From NCBI RefSeq assembly GCF_009914755.1, contig NC_060925.1: a stretch of 64,000 nucleotides of DNA; one strand, given 5' to 3'. This document shows, piece after piece, positions 1-13,986 of the stretch. Origin of the DNA: the human T2T-CHM13v2.0 reference genome, Homo sapiens. The translations under genes and the position numbers were made by a program. The first letter of the stretch is position 1. The number at the start of each line of letters is the position of its first letter. The notes below the pieces were generated by a model. That model made no database searches. It worked only from the letters and a program-made list of their open reading frames with translations, and had not been told where the DNA came from.

Positions 1-141
1 GAACCACCAGTTGCAGTAAAAACAACAAAAATAGATAATGTACAGCCTAGTGATAACGGTGTGTCTATGAATCAATTATAATTAAATTTGGTGCAATGAA
101 GGTACAGTTTTTTAAAATTCTGGCACTGTACCTGATAGCTA

Positions 142-666
<525 letters not shown>

Positions 667-879
667 TTATCTGCTTCCTGGATTGTCTGCATAAAACCTC
701 TTTTTCTCAATTATAACAAGTTGTTTTTCATCACTTGACTGCTTGAATATTTTGAATATTTTTTCTTGTTGTTGAGATTTTACTTCAACCCCCAGGAATA
801 ATTTGCTAAAATCTCTTTAATATACTCAGATTTTTGTGCTCTATATATTTAAATGGAGAGGAAGAAATGGGAAGAGAAC

Positions 880-1338
880 CATAGTGAGTTGAATGGTACC
901 CAAAAAATATATGTCCAGGCCGTCAACCCTGCAACTTGAAAATGTGACCTTATTTGGAAAAGGGTCTTTGCAGATGTTACTAAGCCTAGGATCTCAAGAT
1001 AAGATCATTCTGAATTGCCTGGGTGGGCCCTAAATCCAATGACAAATGTCTTTATAAGAGATACACAGAGTAGAGACAGTGAGAGAAAAGGAGGGGCCAC
1101 GTGAAAATGGAGGCAGAGACTGGAGTTATGCTGCCACAAGGCAAGAAATACCTGGAGCCCCCAGAAGCTGTGGAAGAGGCAAGAAAGGATTCCCCCTAGA
1201 GTCTTCAAAGGGAGCGCAGTTCTGCCAACACCTTGAGTTTGGACTTTTGGCCTCTAGAACTGTGAGAAAATACATTTCTATTGTTGTAATCCACCAAATT
1301 TGTGGTCATTTGTTATGGAAACCACAGGAAACTAACAT
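880..1338 (+). mobile_element. MaLR LTR (MLT1B/C-like)
   Basis: GTGACCTTATTTGGAAA..GGGTCTTTGCAGATGT, GGGTGGGCCCTAAATCCAATGAC and CTAGAACTGTGAGAAAATACATTTC hallmark blocks. Confidence 0.8.
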
Positions 1339-1556
1339 AGAAACTAACATTTATTGGATCCTAGCACTCTTCTAGGAGCTTCAAACATGTTGTTTCATTT
1401 AGCCCTCAGAAGTACTTGGTAAGGCAGTATTAATTAGATGCTCATCTTTAGATGAGAAACTTACCCACCCTCACTAGGTTAATGAGTGGTAGAGCTGAGA
1501 TTAAAACTAAACTAAATTAGTCTGATCATAAAGTTCATATGAGCTATCTACTGTAA

Positions 1557-1898
<342 letters not shown>

Positions 1899-2023
1899 TA
1901 GAGAATGTGACATTGGAAAAAGTCAAGAGATCTTCTTTTATCCATAAAGGTAAAATAATTTCACCATATAAGTGCTCATAAATATTTACTGTCTGCTTGA
2001 TATGGACAGGAGGGTTTAAGTAG

Positions 2024-2397
2024 TGTTTAGTCTATTTTCTATTGCTATAACAGAATACCACAGACTGGATAATTTATAAAGAAAGGTTTATTAAGCTCAT
2101 GGTTCTAGAAGCTGGGAAGTTCAAGAGCATGGTGCTCACATCTTGTGATGGCCTTTCTGTACAACATCACATGGCAGATAGGCAGAAGGGCAAGACAGCA
2201 CATGTGAGAGAGAGTTCACTTTTATAAAGAAGTCTTACTGTGATAACTAACCTACTTCCATGATAATAGCATTAATCCATTTAGGAAGGTGGAGCCCCCA
2301 TGACCTAATCGTTTCTTAAAGGCCCCACCTCTTAATAATGTTACAATGGCAATTAGATTTCAAGATGAGTTTTGAAGGGAATATTCAAACCACAGCA
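2024..2397 (-). mobile_element. MaLR LTR (MST/MLT1A-like)
   Basis: TTGCTATAACAGAATACCACAGACTGG...ATTCAAACCACAGCA termini. Confidence 0.75.
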
Positions 2398-2449
2398 AGT
2401 AGAAAAAAAATAGCAATATCCCTAACAAATATACCATGGAGTGCTATAT

Positions 2450-3540
2450 TATTGGGTGAAATTCAGCCCCGATATTTTACATAGGTTCTATTCTATTTTC
2501 CCTAAGTGTCAGCCAGTCTGAGAAATAAAGGGACAGAGAAAGAAAGAGAGAAATTTTAAAGCTGGGTGTCCATGGGAGACATCACATGTCAGCAGTTTCC
2601 GTGATGCCCCCCCGAGCCATAAAACCAGCAAGTTTTTATTAGTGATTTTCAAAAGGGGAGGGATTGTACGAATAGGGCGTGGGTCACAGAGATCACATAC
2701 TTCACAAGGTAATAGAATATCACAAGGCAAATGGAGGCAGGGCGAGATCACAGGACCACAGGACTAGGGCGAAATTAAAATTGCTAATGAAGTTTCGGGC
2801 ATGCATTGTCATTGATAACATCTTATCAGGAGACAGGGTTTGAGAGCAGACAAGCGGTCTGACCAAAATTTATTAGACAGGAATTTCCTCATCCTAATAA
2901 GTCTGGGAGCACTGCAGGAGACTGGGGCTTATTTCATCCCTACAGCTGTGACCGTAAAAGATAGCTGCCCCCAAAGTGGCCATTTTAGAGGCCTCCCCTC
3001 AGGGACGTATTCTCTTTCTCAGTGATGTTCCTTGCTGAGAAAAAGAATTCAGTGATATTTCTCCCATTTGCTTTTGAAACAAGAGAAATATGGCTCTGTT
3101 CCACCCCACTCACCGGCAGTCAGAGTTTAAGGTTATCTCCCTTGTTCCCTGAACATTGCTGTTATCCTGTTCTTTTTTCAGGGTGCCCAGATTTCATACT
3201 GTTCAAACGCACATGCTCTACAAACAATTTGTGCAGTTGACACAATCATCACAGGGTCCTGAGGCGACATACATCCTCCTCAGTTTATGAAGATGATGGG
3301 ATTAAGAGACTAAAGTAAAGACAGGCATAGGAAATCACAAGGGTATTGATTGGGGAAGTGATAAGCGTCCATGAAATCTTCACAATTTATGTTCAGAGAC
3401 TGCAGTAAAGACAAGCATAAGAAATTATAAAAGTGTTAATTTGGGGAACTAATAAATGTCCATGAAATCTTCACAATTTATGTTCTTCTGCCATGGCTTC
3501 AGCCGGTCTCTCCGTTTGGGGTCCCTGACTTCCCGCAACA
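2450..3540 (-). mobile_element. MER11 (HERV-K11/HML-8) solo LTR, full length
   Basis: Reverse complement begins TGTTGCGGGAAGTCAGGGACCCC..GGCTGAAGCCATGGCAGAAGAACATAAATTGTGAAGATTTCATGGAC. About 1.09 kb. 6-bp TSD CTATAT/GTATAT. Confidence 0.9.
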
Positions 3541-4310
3541 GTATATTTCAATATTGGTATTTACATTTCTTTTTTCTCTTTATCTTTTCTTGTAGATGAC
3601 TTTAGTCTTTTGTGTTTTCCTTTAATAATCTATTCAACAAATATCTTTTTAAGTATCTATCATATGCCAGGTATTGTGCTAGACAACAGTGAAAAATGAA
3701 CAAGATATTATTCCTTTCTTCAAGTTACTCCAAAAGTAAAATTATTTACAGCCTATAGATAGTATAGAATAGGTAATTTGAATACTTTTATCAGTGAGAC
3801 AAAGTTGCTAAAACTTACATATCTTCTTTTCTTTACTGCCACTCAAAAACTAAAAATTCCCCACCTTTGTGTCAAACATAAATCTCTATAAACTCAATTT
3901 TATACAATATGCTTGAGACAAGTTGGCAGTATGACATAAGTACATGTAGTTAATCATGACAACAGTATGGAGAATGGATGAGAGTCAAGACAGTCCCATA
4001 GAACTTCTACATCTTTTCACAGTTTAGGATAGCTCAGATTATGGTGTGAATTCTCCACACCTGGAAACAAGAGGCTCTGCAAAGACTATCTAATTAAGCA
4101 AGGTGACCAGTGTCAAAAGATGAAACGTCTCTATTACTTAAACCAGTTAAACATCACTAGTATTGAACACTTCTTGTGCATCCTGGAAGATGATTCCCTA
4201 TTGATCTCTCACATTTATGCATGTCTTCCGAGTAGCTTTTGTTCCAGACTATCTTTTTGAAGGTGTTTGTATAGCAGACAGCTTTGGAAAAATAAGATAA
4301 TATATCTCTC

Positions 4311-4366
4311 CGAGAAACACCCAAGAATGATCAATAAATACTAAAAAAAAAAAAAAAAAAAAAAAA
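4311..4366 (+). mobile_element. Extremely 5'-truncated SVA (32-nt 3' end plus A24 tail)
   Basis: CGAGAAACACCCAAGAATGATCAATAAATACT matches the SVA SINE-R 3' terminus. Perfect 17-bp TSD AAGATAATATATCTCTC at 4294-4310 and 4365-4381. Confidence 0.88.
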
Positions 4367-4414
4367 GATAATATATCTCTCTGCCTTGGAGGACAGATTT
4401 TTTTGCTGGCCAGT

Positions 4415-4768
4415 TGTCTTAGTCTGCTTGTGCTGCTATAACAGAATACCACAAACTGGGTAACTTATAAGGAACAGAAATTTCTCTCAGTTCTAGAGGC
4501 TGAAAGTTTATGATCAAGAAAGGCACCAACCTTAGGTGTCTGGTGAGGGTTTCACCTTCCAGAGAGGAGGGATGCAGTGTTTTCACATGACATAACGTGG
4601 AAGGGCAAAAGGGACAAGCTCTCTAATCAGACCCTTTTATCAGGGTACCTAATCCCATTCATGAGAGAGGAGCCCTCATGACCTAATCACCTCTTAATGG
4701 CCTCACCTCCTAATAATATCACATTGGCAATACCTGAATTTTGTAGGGGACACATTCAAACCATAGCA
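4415..4768 (-). mobile_element. MaLR LTR (MSTC/MSTD-like) nested in the older LTR
   Basis: TGTCTTAGTCTG..TGCTATAACAGAATACCACAAACTGGGT...CATTCAAACCATAGCA. 5-bp TSD CCAGT/CCAGC. Confidence 0.8.
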
Positions 4769-5139
4769 CCAGCAAAATGAAGGCCAAGTTTCTACCAGGG
4801 AAAAGGCTAGGCAGTTTTGCTGGGGGCTGTCATACAAAAGATTGAGGATTGTTAAGCTTGGAATATCTCAGGTATTCCTCACGCTGTATGTGCCACATCC
4901 ACTTGGACTCCCCTCTGTGTTGTCCTAGTGGAAGTTGGAGGAAAGAGGTGCTAACATGAACATGAAATTCAGGCTGCCTGCTGTATCGTATGGAATAAAG
5001 TCTTTGTCTGATTCAGCAGTCTCATGCCTTCTGCCAGTGCCCATGAAACTGTGACAGGCAAACTTGTTAGCTTGCAAGTAGGGTAAAATTCAAACCCTTC
5101 CCAGCTCTGGACAGTGCACCACTTCAATCCTACCAGCCA

Positions 5140-5596
5140 GACCTCTCACTTCAGCCACTGCTGCTGCTGCTTGTTTCCTGTAGACCTCAACTAAGTTTGT
5201 GCAGAAGTGATTCGATAGTATTCTTGCTTCAACCTGTGAAGTGTTCCTCTAGCTGTCTGCCCTGGGGAACCTCTGGCACCCCTATATAGAACACCCATAG
5301 GAACCCACTCAGCATTCTGGCAAGGGAGAGGGAGTTGACCCATGAGGGACAGACACTAATGGATAAATATTTGCTTCCCCTTTTAAACTGAGGTGAAAAA
5401 TTCTACAATACATTTCAAAAGCCTCCTCAGAAGACACTGCAGCATTGTGTGCCAGTCATCCACAGGAGTGGCTAAACCCTTAATATTTAATACATACTCA
5501 TCTTGGCTTCTCCTCCTTCCTGTTTTGTATGCCTGCTCCCTGGAATCACATTGTTTAATAAATGTTGCTGGGCTTTGGGGGAACCCAGACAGACAC
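5140..5596 (+). mobile_element. Degenerate ERVL LTR (LTR16-like)
   Basis: 3' end CTTTGGGGGAACCCAGAC-AGACA resembles the LTR16 terminus. Highly diverged. Confidence 0.4.
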
Positions 5597-5780
5597 TATC
5601 TTATATGTCCTAGCTTTAGCAATTCATATTTTAGTGTAAGTTAACATTCTGAATGCTTGAAGAGTTATTACTGCATCAGTGCCGGATGTACCAAAACTGA
5701 ATAGTACCAAAAGTCTGGGATGTTGAGTTTTGACAGAATCCCAAAACATCTCAGGTGCTTTAAGAAGAATGTTTAGTCCC

Positions 5781-6201
5781 TATGTTATAGGAGGTTCTTG
5801 TATTGCTATAAAGGAATACCTGAGACTTGGTAATTTATAAAGAAAAGAAGTTTAATTGGTTCACAGTTCTGCAGGCTGTACAAGTGTGGTGCCAGCATCT
5901 GCTCAGCTTCTGGGGAGGCCTCAGGGAGCTTTTACTCATGGTGGAAGGCGAAACAGGAGCAGGCATGTCACGTGGCAAAAGCAGGAGCAAGCGAGAGCCA
6001 GAGGAAAGATGCTGCACACTTGTAAAGAGCCACATCTCTTGAGAACTCGCTATCACGAGGACAGCACCTAGGGGATGAGGCTAAACCATTCATGAGAAAC
6101 CCACCCACATGATCCAATCACCTCCCACCAAGCCCCACTTCTAACACTGGGGATTACAATTCCACATGACACTTAGAGGGGACAACATCCAAACTATATC
6201 A
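5781..6201 (-). mobile_element. MaLR LTR (MSTB-like)
   Basis: TTGCTATAAAGGAATACCTGAGACT...CATCCAAACTATATCA. TSD GTCCC at 5776-5780 and 6202-6206. Confidence 0.85.
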
Positions 6202-6950
6202 GTCCCTATTATCAGTCCTATATTAATTTCTTTCATAGGACTTCCTAACCTCATATTGAAAAAGATCAAATATAAAATCATAACCACAAAATGGCACGAA
6301 AGAGGGAAGTGGGCATATCACGTGATCACATTCATTTCTAAAACTGTCTATTCAAGGTTTACAAGAAAAAAGAAATTTTGGAATGCTTGTTGTTAGAGCA
6401 ATTTTATGATAAAGTGCTCAATTTGTTCAAGGAAAATGTAAACTTTAAGAGAACTTATCCTTCACGTTTAATATTCATGGTAACTACTCATGAGTGAACT
6501 ACAGTGGAAATGTGGTAGAAAGAACTCATTGGCCAGGGGTCTTGCTACAAGGAACTACCTTGTAAAGTTAACTTTCTTTGACAAGTTCCAGATGTGCTTC
6601 ATACCAGAAATATTGAAACACAGGAACATAGTATAGATCACAGAGATGTGATTTCTTGCAATATAGAAGATGAGTGTTTAAATAATACTCATCTAAACAC
6701 AGGATCTAAAAATCGAATATAATTTTGTCTGCTTACAGGATCTAAAAATTGAATATAATTGTGTTTTTAATTTTTATTTTTATTGGTAAGACTGCTATTT
6801 ATTTGGGGTGATATGCTTATACATCACATGCTAGGAGACACTGTTCATTCTCATTCCTGGGCCTCTGTTTTCCCTTCTCTTTTATTTTTTGGTAGCCACA
6901 TTCAGCCATTTTCTTAGCTATGTGATGGCTGGAAGAAACAGTGGCTATAC

Positions 6951-6965
<15 letters not shown>

Positions 6966-6993
<28 letters not shown>

Positions 6994-7250
6994 GAGACGG
7001 AGTCTCACTCTGTCACCCAGCCTGGAGTGCAACCTCGCCTCTCGGGTTCAAGTGATTCTCAGGCCTCAGCCTCCCCAGTAGCAGGGATTACAGGCTCTCA
7101 CCACCATACCCAGCTAATTTTTGTATTTTTAGTAGAGACGGGGTTTTGATGTGTTGGCCAGGCTGGTCTCCAACTCCTGACCTGAAGTGATCCACCTGCT
7201 CTGGGTTCCCAAAATGCTGAGATTACAGATATCAGCCACCGCACCTGGCC
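6966..7250 (-). mobile_element. Alu with a short internal deletion, preceded by (TA)n
   Basis: Poly-T and reverse Alu. About 24 nt missing after GGAGTGCA. Confidence 0.93.
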
Positions 7251-8096
7251 AGCTATATATTCTTAAAACATACAGCTCACGATCTTCAGGGTGCTTAGAA
7301 GGCAAGGGATCCTTTTTAGCTCCCTACAGCATATTCTCTGAGATCACTGTTACCCTTTCTGAGAGATGACCACAAGGGGATATTTCTAGGTAGTGAGGAT
7401 ATAACCCTAGTTTTGTAGTACCCAGAGGACCTGCCAGCTTTCTAAAGAGGTGTCATAATTTGGAGCTCTAAATTTTGAGACATTTGTGGTACTCTAGCCT
7501 TTTCATGTGGCTAGAGAGAGAATAATGTACTAGAGAACATAAGTATCAACATAGAATTTGAACCATTCAGAAGGACTAGAATCATTGTTATTGAAGGATG
7601 TTGAAGAATTTTATTGACTTTACCACAACCCATTCCCAGCTACACAAGTGGCAGCAAGAAAAGACTCTGTGTGTCTTTCCCTTCACTTTAATAGAGGCAC
7701 TGAGTATTGCTGGCTTCTCCTCCCTCCTCATGTCAAAATTAAATGCCAGTCACTGTCCATCCATGGTCATGCTGTTAACAAAGACTTCAGCAAAGAGACT
7801 CCTGCAATATTTCCTCCATCTCCTGCCTTGTGGAGGATCATGGGACAAGTGTATTTTTTCACATAGAAAGATTAAGCTGCTGCTCTCTTGTCAAGAAAAA
7901 GAAACTACCATTAGAAAGCACTAGTCACAATTCTGAGCTGTTGTAATTAACAAATACTAAGTAAATATTTGTGTGCTTTGTTTCTCCATATTAAACAACT
8001 GATGTATTGTATGGTAAAAATTTCTTCTGCACGCCTTAGTGACATTTGGTTTATTTGTATGTTGACTTCACAATGCAAGCTGCAATTATGACGCTC

Positions 8097-8440
8097 ACAA
8101 GTTGGCAAACTTTTCGCATAAAGGGCCAGCTAGTAAATATTTTCGATTTTGTGGGCCACACATCTCTGTGGCAGCTACTCAACTCACCTCTGCCATTGTA
8201 GAGTGAAAGCAGCCATAGACAATACCAAACAAATGAGCATGGCTGTGTTCCAATAAAACTTTATTTATGAACACTAGAATTTGATTTTTATATAATTTTC
8301 ATGTGTCCCAAATATTCTTTTATACATTTTTTTCAATAACTTAAAAGTGTAAAATCCATTCTTAGCTTGCAGTGTGTACAAAAACAGGTGACAGGCTGGA
8401 TTTGTCCCACAGGGGATTTGGTCTATAGTTCTCAGACCAC
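8097..8440 (+). mobile_element. hAT-Charlie DNA transposon (MER58B-like)
   Basis: TTGGCAAACTTTT..TAAAGGGCCAG.TAGTAAATATTTT and GGCTGTGTTCCAATAAAACTTTATTTA blocks. Confidence 0.8.
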
Positions 8441-8540
8441 TGTGATGCTCCAAACTCAAACTTACGAGAGTCAAGTTTATCACTATATTTAAAGCTTCAA
8501 AGTTAATTGTGCCTATGCCTCCATTTAAAATTTATTTTAG

Positions 8541-8971
<431 letters not shown>

Positions 8972-10126
8972 CTAGCATTAAACCCCAATTAATATTGCTG
9001 TATTAAGTTATATCTTAGTAAATTGTCTTAAATAATGGACAGTCACAACTTTATGTTTTTAAAAAATCAATATTGGCTAATTACAATCTTATTCTGTAAT
9101 TTTAAAACACATAAGAATATGAAAAGTTTTGTATAGTATTGATACATCGTTTTTAAAATGTGCTCTTAAGCATATTTCTTTTCCAGCAAAAAGGCACCAA
9201 CACAAAGGGCCTGAACTTGAAATTTCTAGGGATTTTTCAAAATCTTAAATCATCTTCTTTAAAGATAACAAACAATTGGAAGTCAAGCCATTAAGATTTC
9301 ATCATACTGGATATTTTTCCCATTAATAGCTGAACTGATATAATCAGCACATTTCAGAGTAGTACCAGATGCTAGCAAGTTTCAGTCCCTGGAGACGAAA
9401 CTTGACATATCACAGTACTTGCTCCTTGACCTCCCAGTCCTAATAGTATTTGACTATATACTGGAGCCCTGGGAATGTACAGAAATCTCAATTTTCATAA
9501 GTTTGCATTTAAATTCTTAAAATATGAATTTGGTCCTGTGAGTCTCTCTGAATTTTAGTAATAATAACAGGATTTTTTTCTCCAGAGTGTTTGAAATCTG
9601 TATATCTTAGGAGGAAAATATGTGTTATTTGTTTTCTTTGCATGCTGTAATTACCTTTAGGTGCAACATATTTATTTCATACTATAAATACTTTTTCTCC
9701 CTTGGTAGATTTGCAGGTTTTTTTTTTACCAAGTTCCCATTCTTCACGTTTTTAGTTTTTGAAATTGGGTTGCAACTAGCCACAGGTACCACCAAAAAAA
9801 AAAAAAAGATAAATGAATAGATATAAAACAACACTAGATAGATAAATAATTATTATACTCAACTGTTTGGGTTCCTTTTAAAAAAATTGTCTTTAATCTA
9901 CTCCTGAGAGATTTGTATCTCTTTAAACTGCTACAGGACAATAGGACAAAAATTAGTATCTTTTTTTCAATAATAGAGCATGAAGTTACCTGTACTTGAA
10001 AATTGAATTTCAAATTGAAGTCAGCCTGAGCAAGTTATTTGCTAGCCAAGTTGAAAAAACTTTAAAAAATATATAGTTGAGATCTCCTGGAAAACTGGAT
10101 ATCCACATGCAAACGAATAAAGTTGG

Positions 10127-10430
<304 letters not shown>

Positions 10431-11274
10431 GAATGAAGTTGGACCCTTACCTAACACCATCTACAAATATTAACTCAAAATAGATCAAAGATCTAAACAA
10501 AGAGCTAAAACCATAAAACTCTTAGAAGAAAACAAAGGGCCAAATTTTCTCAACATTAGATTTGACAATGATTTCTTGAATGTGACACCAAAAGCACAGG
10601 CAACAAAAGGAAAAAATAGACAAACTGTACTTTATGAAAATTTAAGCTTTTGGGATTGTTTCCTTTGGGGAGTAAAAACAAAACAAAATCTTTGTGCATC
10701 AAAAGACACTATTAATAAAGTAAAAAGTCAACCCACACAATGGGAGAAAATATTGTCAAGTTATACATCTGATAAGGGATTAATACCCTGAATATAAAAG
10801 AACTCCTAAAATTCAACAATTAAAAAAATTCAAAAAATTGGAAAAAGCCTTTAATATACTTTTCTCCATAGAAGATATACAAATGGTCACAAACACATGA
10901 AAAGATGCTCAACATCAAAAATTACTTGGGAAATGCAAGTCATAACCACAGTGAGATTCCACCTCACATCCATTAGGATGGCCACCATTAAAAAAAAAAA
11001 GTGTTGGCAAAAATATGGGGAAATTAGAACTCTGTGCACTGTTGGTAGAAATGTAAAATGGTGCAGCTGCTGTGGAAAACAGTATGGTAGTTCATCAAAA
11101 GCTAAAAATAGAATTACCATATGATCTAGCAATTCCACCGCTAGGTACATACTCAAAAGAATCAAAAGGGTCTCCCATGTATACCAATGTTTATAGCAGC
11201 ATTATTCACAATAGCTAAAACATGGAAGCAACCCAACTGTTCATGACAGATGAATGGATAAGCAAAATGTGATA

Positions 11275-11612
11275 CAGTCATCCCTTGGTATCCATGGGGG
11301 ATTGGTTACCAGACCCCTCACAGATACCAAAATTCACAGATCCTCAAGTCCCTTATATAAAATGGTGTAGTATTTTCACATAATCTATCCAATCCTCCCA
11401 TATATTTTAAATCATTCTAGATTACTTATAATACCTAATACAATGTAAATGATATGTAAATAGTTGTTATACTGTATTGTTTAGGGAATTATGGCAAGAA
11501 AAAACATCTGTATATGTTCAGTCCAGATGCAAACATCTATAGTTCCCCCTGAATATTTTCAATCTCAGTTGGTTGAACCCACAGATGTGAAATCCACAGA
11601 TACAGAGGTTGT
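11275..11612 (+). mobile_element. MER2 (TcMar-Tigger MITE) inserted in L1
   Basis: TA|CAGTCATCCCTTGGTATCCATGGGGGATTGGTT...CTCAAGTCCCTTATATAAAATGGTGTAGTA. Confidence 0.85.
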
Positions 11613-12137
11613 AGATGCACACGATGCATCTACATACAATGGAATATTATGTAGTCTTAAACAGGAAGGAAATTCTGACATATGCTACAACACAGATGAA
11701 CCTTGAGGACATTATGCTAAGTGAAATGCGCTTGCCACAAAATGACAAATCTGTATGATTCTGCCAGAGTTACTTAGAGTAGTCAAATTCATAGAAACAG
11801 AAAGTAGAATGGTAGTTGCCAGGGTCTGGGGGACTAGGGAATGAAGTTATTGTTCAATGGGTGTAGAGTTTCAGTTTTACCAGGTGAAAAGGGATCTGGA
11901 GATGGATGGTGGTGATGGTTGCACAACTACGTAAATGTATTAATACCACTGAACTGTAGTATGCTTAATGATGGTTAAGATGGTAAACTGTATGTTATGT
12001 GTATTTTACCACAATAAAAAGGAAAAAATATATAGTTGAGGTCTAATCCAAATGAAGACCTTTGTGTTCAAAGAATCCTAGATTCCAATTTCAGCTCTGC
12101 CACTTACTGGCTTGTTGTCATCGGTATTTACTTAATC

Positions 12138-12433
12138 TTTTTTTTTTTAAGACAGGATTGCTCTGCCTCCCAGGCTGGAGTGCAGCAGCCTGATGATCTC
12201 AGCTCACTGTAGCCTCGACCTCTCAGGCTCAGGTGATCCTCCCACCTTCACCTCCCAAGTAGCTGGGACTGGAGGTGTGCACCACCATGCCTGGCTAATT
12301 TTTGTATTTTTACTAGAGATGAGGTTTCGCCCTGTTACCCAGGCTGGTCTCAAACTCCTAGGCTCATGCAGTCCACCCACCTCAGCCTCCCAAAAGTGCT
12401 GGGATTACAGGAGTGAGCCACTGCGCCTGGCCA
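12138..12433 (-). mobile_element. Alu (AluJ-like) within a MIR remnant
   Basis: Reverse Alu. Flanking CAGCTCTGCCACTTACT is MIR-like. Confidence 0.9.
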
Positions 12434-13739
12434 GTCTTTTCTAAAGCTAATATTTCTGATCTATAAAATAAGTCCAATAATTAAAGAATTAATAAGATAA
12501 CACATAAAAAGATCTTACTACAGTGCCCAACTCAGTGCCTATGACAGTGTGCATCAAATGCATCCCCTTCCCTTACATTCATTATGTCAATAATTCAAAT
12601 ATATATCAAATGGGATCAAGAAGGAATTGCGGAGGTTTTCCCTTATAGCACTGCTATTGAACTTTTCTCATTTTTGTTTGGGATGCTTGGATGAGAGAGA
12701 AGTCTCCCAGTTTGGTTGCTAGAATTTATGTCCCTCAATGCCAGTACTATGTTCTTTTACCTCATTCAATGTCCATTTACCTCATTAAGTGGCCCAAAGT
12801 GTCCATTTCCCTCATTATTCTAATATAGGCCTAAACTTAGATATTATGTACTTACCTCAATTCCAGCTGTACCCTGAGGAAAGGGGTGGAGGGCAGAACA
12901 ACTTATCCCAATTCCCTCTCAATAATTCACCAGGTTCTTATACAGAAACAGGTCTATTTTAGAGGAGCAGTGGGCCACAGAGAAAGTGCTGTCACCAGCT
13001 GGCTAGCTCTTGTTGTGAGCCCATACCTTGTGTGCAGGGAGTATCTATTCTATTTGTTCATACTCTCCCACTGTTGACTCCAAAGAAGAATACTCTGTTT
13101 TGGGTGTTTTTCTAAGGAGAGGTGTGTCTAGAGGAAAGTGCTATGTTAGTGACCCTTCTTGAACCATGACTTTGACTGCTACTGACTATCATCTTCAGGA
13201 GGAAGCCAAAAAATGGCAGAGTCAAGTCTCAATCCATCATCCAGACATGTAGGATATGCATGGAAGCCCTTCCTATGTTTAGAGCTCAGGCCATCCCTTC
13301 CCTAACCCCTCATCCAACAGGGACCCACTGCTCACTAATCCACCTCCTCCAAAAAGCTACATCAGAGAGAAAGGGATGTATTTTCATTGGCTAATTTGTT
13401 CCTATGATCCACTTGTTAGAATCACTGACCTGGTTATTATTACTTCAACTGCTTTCTCTTGCAAAGGAGACCACATTTGGTAATGCTACAAACAACATTC
13501 TTGTCAATCAGCAATGATGAGATCAGGGTTGCTACTTTTGCTTTCTTGTAAGCCTTGTACTTAATCAAACTAGGTGCTTAGTCTCTTTTTTTCATCTCTT
13601 AAGGAGAAATAAACACAGAATAGAAACGTCCTATATGCTGCATAAGGCCTCATGTAGAGGAGACTAAAAAAATTGAAGCTTTTCCAAAAGAGACCATTTC
13701 AGGTCATCTATTTTAAGTTCTCTCTCTCTCTTTCTCTCT

Positions 13740-13986
13740 CTTCTTATATTTGTATAAATTTAAGGGATACAAGTGCAGAGTTGTTACATGGATATATTGC
13801 ATAGCGGTAAAGTCTGGACTTTTAGTGTATCCAGGACCCATATAATGTACATTGTACCCATTAAGAAATTTGTCAACCATCACACCCCTCTCACCCTCCC
13901 ATTCTCCTGAATCTCCAATGTCTATCATTCCACACTCTATGTCCATGCGTACAGATTATTTAGCTCCCACTTATAAGTGAGAATAT
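13740..13986 (-). mobile_element. L1 3' end fragment (L1PB/L1MA-like)
   Basis: TTAGCTCCCACTTATAAGTGAGAATATG and TTGTTACATGGATATATTGCATAG blocks. Confidence 0.8.

Larger units (their letters stand above)
4111..5113 (+). mobile_element. Old ERVL-class LTR (MER54/MER73-like), interrupted by an SVA fragment and an MST LTR
   Basis: TG...CA ends. 3' block AATAAAGTCTTTGTCTG...CCATGAAACTGTGACAGGCAAACTTGTTAGCTTGCAAGTAGGGTAAAA. Subfamily uncertain. Confidence 0.55.

Noticed and set aside
3367-3485. Perfect 28-bp direct repeat GTCCATGAAATCTTCACAATTTATGTTC (3367 and 3458), superficially CRISPR-like
   Set aside because: Only two copies, and as I recall it is an intrinsic internal duplication of the MER11 LTR consensus. 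The context is eukaryotic.
10576-11165. ORFs resembling a reverse-transcriptase-associated protein
   Set aside because: Broken L1 ORF2 C-terminal remnants with no intact frame.
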